Source: Macrostomum lignano (Eukaryota). Taken from it: a stretch of 64,000 bases of DNA. The notes beneath the pieces are model-generated. The model was not told the DNA's origin. It was given only the letters and a program-made list of their open reading frames with translations, and made no database searches. Location of the stretch: NCBI GenBank assembly GCA_002269645.1, contig NIVC01000586.1:186001-250000 (forward strand), in the 5' to 3' direction. Each line of letters begins with the position of its first letter. Position 1 is the first letter of the stretch. This document shows positions 27,948-37,335 of the stretch, piece by piece. A program made the position numbers and the translations under genes.

Positions 27948-28075
27948 AGTGTTTGCTCATGGGAAATCAGGTTTCTACTTCTTAGGGCATTGTATTCCAA
28001 CTGTAGGCCAATACAATCTACTAGAAAATTAAATGTTTCTGGGTTCATTTAGAAGTATTGATTAAAGTCATTACT
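27948..28075 (-). pseudogene. Degenerate PIF/Harbinger transposase N-terminal fragment
   Basis: DFNQYF*MNPETFNFLVDCIGLQLEYNALRSRNLISHEQTL resembles the Harbinger F..yFRM...F..L...R..IS.E..L segment; no TIRs found. Confidence 0.5.
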
Positions 28076-28857
28076 AGCATTATAATTTATGTGATCTTTG
28101 AACTCTCTTGGCCAACAATTTTCAACCAGGATATCAGCTTATTGAAGCTTGTCAAATAGTGGAATCTCCATTCTTAGCTGCCTCTTGAGGATACTAAACT
28201 TTACCAGTTAAACTTGTTGTCCTTTTAGGCTTTAGCTGAACTGCTAAGGTCATGAAACTGCAAACTAGTGCAAACTTTTGACCATAGACATTGCTCAGAA
28301 ACCCCTTATCCAACTAATATGCTTATGAAGCCAAAAGTTAGTGTAGTAGACTGATAAAAATTAGAATGCAACTACTAGACTCAAGAAACCAAAGGATGCC
28401 TGCAAACTATATATAATTAAAATGTTTTGAGGCAAACTGATCCCTAATTTCTTCCTAGACAATGGCTATAAAATCTGATGGTTACACTATTATAATGCTA
28501 GAACTATTTTGTTTCCCTGAAAAATATAATTTAACAAAGAATTAATAATGGTTATACTTTAAATTTGTTTTGGAATTTCCAAAAAGTACTATATTACTCG
28601 TAATATTTTACCAATTACAAAAGAACAATTAACTTTTTATTGCTCCAAGCATGCATAAAGGATAATATATAAATACTCATTTCTTTGTTTAAAAAATATT
28701 TGAGCTCCAAAAATAAGAAAAGCACTACTACTACTTCCAGCACTACTGCTCTCATTTCATTCGGTCTCGCTTGGCAAGAGCAGCTGTCTAACCAGTCTGT
28801 GAAGCAGAAAAAAACAAAAGTCCAGCTAGCATATTTTCAATTGTACTTTATTACACA

Positions 28858-31800
28858 ATGGCCTGCGACCTGCTAATGCCATCATCGCAAGGCGGAGCCA
28901 ACAATCCAGCCTTCTCGCCGCTGACCCTGTTCGAGTGCACCATCACCAACGCACAGATGCTCATCGACTCCATGGCCGACCGGGACCTGATGCAGGCCCT
29001 GAAGATCGCCGGCGGCCTCCACACCCACATTGTCGGCGTCATCGAGCCGCGCTACGATCGCGTCTGTCAGCGTAGCGACGAGCACGAAGCCTGCTGCCAG
29101 GCGGCTGCCGCGGCTGCAACATCAGCAACGCTGACTCCTTCCAAGTCAGCTGGCGCCGCCAACTCGGCCAGTTTCGGAGCCAATGGCAGCGGCGCCGATT
29201 TGAAATCTGCCGTAGCTGCCGCCGCCGCCGCGGCCGGCCTGAAGTCCGAGTCTACCGGCTCTGTGGCAGCTGGCGGCGTCAAGTCCGAGCTGCTGGACCC
29301 TGACGCGTTCCCCGAGGAAGACGAAGAGGACTGTCTGATCCTGGAGGAGGACTGCTCCTTCCCCGCCGCTGCTGCCGCAATGTCGCCGTCGGCCTCCAGC
29401 TCCGCCAGCCGAAAGCGCCACCGCCCGTTGTCGCCCTCGTCAAGTCTGCAGATGCCGGGCGGAGCCAGCGCGGGTTTTCCTGGCAGCGCCCAGCAACTGG
29501 CCGAGTGCAAAAATGCGCTCAGGATGGCCTATAAAAATATTAAAGGCAACGGGCCGCACCTGTTTGACTTTGCGCTGTCGTGAGTTGCTCTGCAATTCTT
29601 GCATCCCTTGTAGAGGGATTCGGTGGGGTATGCGCGGGTGAGGGATTCAGTGGGGTATGAGCGGGTGAGGGATTCAGTGGGGTATGAGCGGGTGAGGGAT
29701 TCAGTGGGGTATGAGCGGGTGAGGGATTCAGTGGGGTATGAGCGGGTGAGGGATTCAGTGGGGTATGAGCGTGTGAGGGATTCAGTGGGGTATGAGCGTG
29801 TGAGGGATTCAGTGGGGTATGAGCGGGTGAGGGATTCAGTGGGGTATGAGCGTGTGAGGGATTCGGTGGGGTATGAGCGTGTGAGGGATTCAGTGGGGTA
29901 TGAGCAGCACAGTGAGGGATTCAGTGGGGTATGAGCGGGTGAGGGATTCAGTGGGGTATGAGCGGGTGAGGGATTCAGTGGGGTATGAGCGTGTGAGGGA
30001 TTCAGTGGGGTATGAGCGTGTGAGGGATTCAGTGGGGTATGAGCGTGTGAGGGATTCAGTGGGGTATGAGCGTGTGAGGGATTCAGTGGGGTATGAGCGT
30101 GTGAGGGATTCAGTGGGGTATGAGCGTGTGAGGGATTCAGTGGGGTATGAGCGGGTGAGGGATTCAGTGGGGTATGAGCGTGTGAGGGATTCAGTGGGGT
30201 ATGAGCGTGTGAGGGATTCAGTGGGGTATGAGCGTGTGAGGGATTCAGTGGGGTATGAGCGGGTGAGGGATTCAGTGGGGTTGGGTATGAGCGGGTGAAG
30301 GATTCAGTGGCGTATAAGCGTGTGAGGGATTCAGTGGGGTATGAGCGTGTGAGGGATTCAGTGGGGTATGAGCGTGTGAGGGATTCAGTGGGGTATGAGT
30401 GTGTGAGGGATTCAGTGGGGTATGAGCGTGTGAGGGATTCAGTGGGGTATGAGCGTGTGAGGGATTCAGTGGGGTATGAGCGGGTGAAGGATTCAGTGGC
30501 GTATAAGCGGGTGAGGGATTCAGTGGGGTATGAGCGGGTGAGGGATTCGGTGGGGTATGAGCGGGTGAGGAATTCGGTGGGGTATGAGCGGCACAGTGAG
30601 GGATCCATTGGGGTCTGAGCAGCACAATGAGGGATTCAGTGGGATATGAGCAGCACAGTGAAGGATTCAGTGGGATATGAGCAGCACAGTGAGGGATTCA
30701 GTGGGGTATGAGCAGCACAATGAGGGATTCAGTGGGGTATGAGCAACACAGTGAGGGATTCAGGGGTCTGAGCAGCACAGTGAGGGATTCAGTGGGGTAT
30801 GAGCAGCACAGTGAGGAATTCAGTGGGGTATGAGCAGCACAGTGAGGGATTCAGTGGGGTATGAGCAGCACAGTGAGGGATTCAGTGGGGTATAAGCAGC
30901 ACAGTGAGGGATTCAGTGGGGTATGAGCAGCACAGTGAGGGATTCAGTGGGGTATGAGCAGCACAGTGAGGGATTCAGTGGGGTGGTGAGGCAGTGCAAG
31001 AACCCAACCAATCGCATTACATTTCATTACAATTTCACCAACCAATCGCAACGCCGCCGCAGCTTCCACGACCCGTCCAATCAGAGAGTATCCGAGCAGA
31101 TTATCGCTACGGCCCGCCAGCAGCTGAGCCACCTGCGCCTGCCTAACGATGTCTGGTGGAGTGAGTTGGTTATTTAATAATTTAAACAAATGCATAAGTG
31201 ACTACTCGCAACCAGTTAAAGTAATAGCATTAGCAAATGTATTAAGTGAATATTGATGTCGGCCCTCTCCTTGCATTTGGTGACTTCGCACCGTGATCCA
31301 GTTTGATTGCCAGCTACAATAAGAGTTTTCATATCTTACCTGAGTATGGCTAGTAGCTAGTTTGTTTCCCATGGGACGGCAGCGCAACTGTCCCGTCATT
31401 AATTGATTCCGCCTCTATGAATTCATAATTAACTAATTATCTATGCTCTTCTTAACTGTTAGCAGTACAGTATGCATTTCAGTTTGTTGATTTTGCTTCC
31501 CACTACCTGAGGTGCAGGTTTTATTGGTTATTTAAACCGACTGCAGGGTCGCGTGCTGATTATTGATACAAGCTGTGCAATTAGTTGTACTTTTATTGCT
31601 GATCAGCTGCGTGCTGCCGTTCAACTGAAACTTTGTTTAGGCCAAGCCGGCAACCTGTGTAAGCGAATCAAAATCGAGCTGAACAATAACAAGCGGCGCA
31701 ATCGGCAGTTTCGCTGCAGGCAGAAGGTTGTTCTCCAACTGATTATTCTATTGGCTACCTAGCTAGCGAATCCCTACCAGCTGCAATGCTGAGCAGCCAG

Positions 31801-34800
31801 CCTCCCACATCCCCTAATGAGCCAGCCTCCCACATCCTTAATGAGCCAGTCTACCTCACCCCCTAATGAGCAGCCATCCTCCCACATCCCTAATGAACCA
31901 GTCTCCCTCACCCCCTAATAAGCAGCCAGCCTACCATATCCCCTAATGAGCCAGCCTCCCACATCCCTTAATGAGCAGCCAGCCTCCAACACCCCATAAT
32001 GAGCAGCCAGCCTCCCACACTCCCTAATGATCCAGCCTCCCACATCCCTTAATGAGCAGCCAGCCTCCCACACTCCATAATGAGCCAGCCTCCCACACCC
32101 CCTAATGAGCAGCCAGCCTCCCACACCCCCTAATGAGCAGCCAGCCTCCCACACCCCCTAATGAGCAGTCAGCCTCCCACACCCCCTAATGAGCAGCTAG
32201 CCTCCCACACTCCATAATGAGCCAGCCTCCCACACCCCCTAATGAGCAGCCAGCCTCCCACATCCCTAATGAGCAGCCATTGAGTCTTGTCTTCTTAGCT
32301 TAGTTTATTGTGGCAGTGATAACAATCGGGAAAAGTTCTCAATGCCCTTATGAAGTGAAGCGGATCAAACTGCGGTGAAGCGGTGAAGTCTCGGGCAGTT
32401 GCTTGCTCAGCTCCGACAGTCATACCGCAGAGCCAATCAAATGCGTTTTTTAGAATCGCTCAACAGCAGCGGCGTGTTCGGTCAGGCGAGGCACAATTAC
32501 TTAGCCAAATTTCGAATGCTTAAAATTAAACGGAAAAGCAACGTAGGTTTATTTGAGACTGTGTTCTCACTGAGCTGCGTGTGTCTGCAAACTCTGTTAG
32601 GTCATGGTTATAACTAGGGGGACAGGCAAATAAACTGACTTGCTGTGCCAGCGCTGTTAACCTGTAACCAAGTGTTAACCCGTAAACAGAGAAAGGCATG
32701 CCACTCGCCTTGCAGACAATAAAGCTGCTCGAGCATTTTATGCCGAGGAGAAAAATCGCGTGCTCACTCGAGTCCGAATGCGCCGCGTTGCCGGGCAGAA
32801 GTCTGTAAGGAGTCGCATCTGCCTTCCCTTCCCATCTTGTTTTTCTGAGTTGCAGTTTTGTCGCTTCTAATAGTTGCTTAATCAGCTGTTGCCACGGGCG
32901 TCTGGAGTTCCCGCTGGACTGGACTGGGGCGAGCATGGGGGGGGTAGTCAAATTGGGTATATATTCAAAAGGTGTTCATGACGACGCTCAAAGATCCCAG
33001 TGTCCAGTCCAGATAAGCTCCAGTGGTCCCTGGCCCATTCACCCATTGTTCATCCTGTTAATCGTTGTTATACGCTTTTATAAAAATTCGTAGCGATTCG
33101 GTGGCAAAGAGTTGGCCCATATCGACTAGAGTGCAGCTAGGCAGTATCTATGCAATAATAGCACACTGGATTGGACCGCTTACTGACCTTATTGCAGAGC
33201 ACTGCTTCCCCAGCGTGTACGATGAGTTAACCAAATATGACAAGCATAGGGAGCGAATGAAGCACAGAATGCGAGCTCGCAGGCTTATGAACAGCGTACG
33301 TATTATAAATAGCTATAACTATTTGGCAGTGCAAGCCTGCTTGTTTCATAAATCACTGCCTAATCACGCATCAAACGCAAGGTCCGCGGCTAACACTTCC
33401 CATGGTTTCTTAGCGCAATCTTAATCCTCTTTGGGGTTGGGGATTTCTTTTTAAACTGTTTCAGGCCTGTCCAGTGCTGCGTTTGCTGATCTGCAGCACA
33501 GCATATTGGAGAAGCGGCACTATACTAAGCATTCTGTGCGGAAATTCCGCAGCAAACTCAAGGTAAACACTGCCCTGGTCCGGATTGGGTCTTTGATATT
33601 AGCTTTTGCTTCTGCAGTCCAGTGTGTTCACCGTGTGTTCCGTGTTTGTTCTGGGCTATTAAAAGAGCAAGCTTTAATAGCCAAGATCTGGTCTGACAGT
33701 CGAATCCCACTGTCAAGTCCCAATCCCATAGTCAGAAGTCCCAATCCCGCAGTCAGAAGTCCCAATCCCATAGTCAGAAGTCCCAATCCCACAGTCAAAA
33801 GTCCCAATCTCACAGTGGGAAGTCACAATCTCACAGTCAGAAGTCACAATCTCACAGTCGTAAGTCACAATCCCACAGTCAAAAGTGACAATCCCACTGT
33901 CAGAAGTCTCAATCTCGCAGTCAGAAATCCCAATCCCGCACTCAGAAGTCCCAATCCCACAGTCAAAAGTCCCAATCTCACAGTGGGAAGTCACAATCTC
34001 ACAGTCAGAAGTCACAATCCCACAGTCGTAAGTCACAATCCCACAGTCAAAAGTAACAATCCCACTGTCAGAAGTCTCAATCTCGCAGTCAGAAATCCCA
34101 ATCCCGCACTCAGAAGTCCCAATCCCACAGTCAGAAGTCACAATCTCACAGTCGTAAGTCACAATCCCACAGTCAGAAGTCCCAATCTCACAGTGGGAAG
34201 TCCCAATCCCACAGTCAGAAGTCCCAATCTCACAGTCAGAAGTCCTAATCCCGCAGTTAGAAGTCCCAATCCCACATTCAAATCCCAAGCCCATAGTCAG
34301 AAGTCACAATCACACAGTCAGAAGTCACAATCACACAGTAGGAAATCACAATCCCGCAGTCAGAAGTCCCAATCACACAGTCGGAAATCACAATCCCGCA
34401 GTCAAAAGTCCTAGCCCTGCTAATTTCAAATTAATCTCTACTGACTAATCCCTATTAAATTTATTCTGATAAATTGATAGGTTGCATGCCTGTTGGAGGT
34501 GCATAGCAACCCGGTAACGATGGTAACAAATTTCACGCAGCATCAAAAGCAAGGCCCGGCCGCCCCAGTTTAGCCAGCTCCGTTAGAGATTGAATCCAGT
34601 GTTTCAGGACCGCCCGGCAGTAACACCTGCGCCGTGCGCTGCATTGCAGGCTGCGCTGAGGAATTGTGGCTGCTATTGAAGAAAGCTGTGGCGCACAAGC
34701 GCGAAAGAGACGTCTTCTATCAGCGCAAGGGGCGCCTGAAAAATAAAGTAAAACCATGCAGTCTATGCTCATTTGCTTACTTTTTCCACCGGGTTTTATC

Positions 34801-35603
34801 CTTTGTTGTGAATTAACCAATTGGGTCGGTAAGACGCATATAGGCTTTTAGGAAGTAAGTGCTAATCAGGGACTTTTCTGCTCTCATTTATACGACTGAC
34901 ATGATGCCTCATCTTTAAAATTGATTGGGCTGCGTGATATTACACCTCGCTGCCTCCCGATTTCCATCTCCCATTTCCAACCTCCATCTCCCCCTCCCAG
35001 CCTCCCTCTCTACCCCCTCCCAGCCTCTCTCTCTACCCCCTCCCAACCTCCCTCTATCTCCCGCTCCCAACCTCCATCTCTACCCCCCTCCGAACCTCCC
35101 TCTCCATCTCCTCTTTTCAATCTACCTTCATCTCCCCCTCCCGACCTCCCTCTCCATCTCCCTCTCCCGACCTACCTCTCCGTGTCCCACACGCCACATA
35201 CAGCTCCTGTTTTCTGACCCATCAGAAACTGGCCAGACGGCAGAAGAGCTTCGAACTGCTAGCAACCAGTTTATCCACCGACAAGTTCGACAAGTACCGC
35301 ATCATTTTGTCCCGGGACTACACTTCGTCTGACGAGGAAGCCGATGTTGGCAGCGGCGGTGCCAGCGCGAGCGGCGATGACGGAGGAGGCGGCGGAGGCG
35401 TCCTTCGAGTCCGCGAGCTGCCCTGGGAATCTGCGGAGCTGCGCGAGATGAAGCAGCAGCTGGACTCGATCTATCTGGAGAATTGCGCAACTCAGAAGCA
35501 GGCGCAGCAGTTGCGCAGCACAGTGCGCGACTCCGGCTGCGTCAGCGGCAGGACTCCACCTGCCAACTGCCCGTCCTGGGCGCTGTCTAATGAGTACCGC
35601 TAA
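28858..35603 (+). CDS. C14orf93/DUF4616-like putative DNA-binding protein, paralog A, with an array of alternative third exons
   Basis: Exons 28858-29579 (phase 2), 31063-31160 (phase 1), one variable exon, then 35226-35603; ~427 aa. Motifs AYKNIKGNGPHLFDFALSFHDPSNQRV, KLARR, YTSSDEE, VRELPWES..L...LD and P..PSWA resemble the C14orf93-like family (from memory; no search run). The exon structure is mirrored by paralog B. Confidence 0.8.
29600..30985. repeat. 27-bp minisatellite in gene A intron 1
   Basis: GGGATTCAGTGGGGTATGAGCGTGTGA. Confidence 0.97.
31259..31310 (+). promoter_or_regulatory. Candidate intronic docking region for the gene A exon cluster
   Basis: Partial complements lie upstream of the variable exons: 32364-32372 and 32381-32390; 32667-32675; 32944-32957 (14 nt, fully paired if G-U is allowed); 33369-33382; 34541-34554. 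Confidence 0.45.
31641..31726 (+). CDS. Gene A variable exon A1 (86 nt, phase 1-0): SQAGNLCKRIKIELNNNKRRNRQFRCRQK
   Basis: tttag acceptor, weak GTTGTT donor, open frame, basic helix. Confidence 0.65.
31790..32280. repeat. ~29-bp C-rich minisatellite between exons A1 and A2
   Basis: ctaatgagcagccagcctcccacacccc. Confidence 0.93.
32454..32542 (+). CDS. Gene A variable exon A2 (89 nt): KSLNSSGVFGQARHNYLAKFRMLKIKRKSN
   Basis: tttttag acceptor, GTAGGT donor, phase 1-0, no stop. Confidence 0.72.
32716..32804 (+). CDS. Gene A variable exon A3 (89 nt): NNKAARAFYAEEKNRVLTRVRMRRVAGQKS
   Basis: ccttgcag acceptor, GTAAGG donor, phase 1-0, no stop. Confidence 0.75.
33198..33295 (+). CDS. Gene A variable exon A4 (98 nt): KHCFPSVYDELTKYDKHRERMKHRMRARRLMNS
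   Basis: attgcag acceptor, GTACGT donor, phase 1-0, no stop. Confidence 0.72.
33465..33562 (+). CDS. Gene A variable exon A5 (98 nt): SLSSAAFADLQHSILEKRHYTKHSVRKFRSKLK
   Basis: gtttcag acceptor, GTAAAC donor, phase 1-0, no stop. Confidence 0.72.
33715..34410. repeat. 21-bp minisatellite between exons A5 and A6
   Basis: cacagtcagaagtcccaatcc. Confidence 0.93.
34650..34747 (+). CDS. Gene A variable exon A6 (98 nt): SCAEELWLLLKKAVAHKRERDVFYQRKGRLKNK
   Basis: attgcag acceptor, GTAAAA donor, phase 1-0, no stop. Confidence 0.7.
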
Positions 35604-35749
35604 TGCTTGCCAGACTGATTAGGTGGCGAGCTGGTTGATTCGCGAACTATAGGGTTACTCGCGCCGTTTACCCAACTAACTGACGAATTTAGGGCCAACC
35701 ATTCTTTACTGCAATTGTTTCTGACACCCAGTTTTGTTCGTGTTCTCTT

Positions 35750-36020
35750 CCATCCATGGGATACCCGCCACACCTGGTCTCTCCCATCCATGGGATACCG
35801 CCACACCTGGTCTCCCCCATCCATGGGATACCGCCACACCTGGTTTCCCCCAGCCATGGGGTACCCGGCACACCTGGTCTCTCCCATCCATGGGGTACCC
35901 GCCACACCTGGTTTCCCCCAGCCATGGGGTACCCGGCACACCTGGTCTCTCCCATCCATGGGGTACCCGGCACACCTGGTCTCTCACATCCATGGGGAAC
36001 CCGGCACACCTGGTCTCTCA
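35750..36020. repeat. ~33-bp minisatellite downstream of gene A
   Basis: ccatggggtacccggcacacctggtctctcccat-type units. Confidence 0.9.
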
Positions 36021-36609
36021 CATCGAGTTCGTCATGCTGTCAATGTTGACTTTTCGAATCAAAATTTGAATAGCTCTCCAATGCTGGCACAGAGGCTCCA
36101 TGCGATTTCAATACCTGGGGAAAAGTATTTGCTGCATTTAAGCTTCAATATTTGCACTGCGAGTAGTTGCGCAATGCGTCTCTTATCTATAATATTTTAC
36201 TTGTTGCTGCTATCCCAGTCAGTAAATATTATTGCAATTAGCGAACTTTCATAAACCCCACATTGTCACATGTCTCTGTTCACTTGTTAATCTGTAATAA
36301 GTTTGCCTGTATTCTGTTTTCATGTGTTTATTATTTTTTGCTGTTGTTTAACTGCCCCCAGTCATTTCCGCAGCTTTGCTTTTGCGTTAACACACTGTCT
36401 CGTTCTGTACATGCTATAAAATACGATAATTACATAACAATATGATAATAATTAATTTATTTGCTAAAGAATTTTTCATTCTTTTTCAGTTGTTGCCGAT
36501 TAATTATCGGAAAATGCAGTTGTATTACTGTTCTGAAGCTTTGCTCATGTAGTGAAATAGACCAGGCTTTATTATTATAGCATAGTGTAATTCATAGTGC
36601 ATGTTTAGT

Positions 36610-37275
36610 TCCTGGGATTCCCCTCCAGCACCCATCCCCCTGACTGCCTACCCCACAGCGTACATTGAATGTCTGGGATTCCCCTCCAGCACCCACCCCT
36701 CACTGCCTACCCCACTGCGTACATTGAGGGCCTGAGATTCCCCTCCAGCACCCACCCCTCACTGCCTACTCCACTGCGTACATTGAGTGTCTGAGATCCC
36801 CCTCAAGCACCCACCCCTCACTGCCTACCCCACTGCGTACATTGAATGTCTGGAATTCCTCTCCAGCACCCACCCCTCACTGCCTACCCCACTGCGTACA
36901 TTTAATGTCTGGAATTCCTCTCCAGCACCCACCCCTCACTGCCTACCCCACTGCGTACATTGAATGTCTGGAATTCCTCTCCAGCACCCACCCCTCACTG
37001 CCTACCCCACTGCGTACATTAAATGTCTGGAATTCCTCTCCAGCACCCACCCCTCACTGCCTACCCCACTGCGTACATTGAATGTCTGGAATTCCTCTCC
37101 AGCACCCACCCCTCACTGCCTACCCCACTGCGTACATTGAATGTCTGGAATTCCTCTCCAGCACCCACCCCTCACTGCCTACCCCACTGCGTACATTAAA
37201 TGTCTGGAATTCCTCTCCAGCACCCACCCCTCACTGCCTAACCCACTGCGTACATTAAATGTCTGGGATTCCCTT
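36610..37275. repeat. 59-bp minisatellite upstream of gene B
   Basis: aatgtctggaattcctctccagcacccacccctcactgcctaccccactgcgtacatt units. Confidence 0.93.
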
Positions 37276-37335
37276 CTAGCGCAATGAGTCAAGTCTGCAA
37301 TTACGCTTTTGCATGTAGCCTTTCACCACCAAACA

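Noticed and set aside
29529-30625. Repetitive ORFs (TRSYPTESL / GYERVRDSV)
   Set aside because: 27-bp minisatellite in gene A intron 1.
32317-32400. Possible extra gene A cassette after tggcag
   Set aside because: In-frame TGA and no phase-0 donor; the region instead holds the candidate selector for A2.
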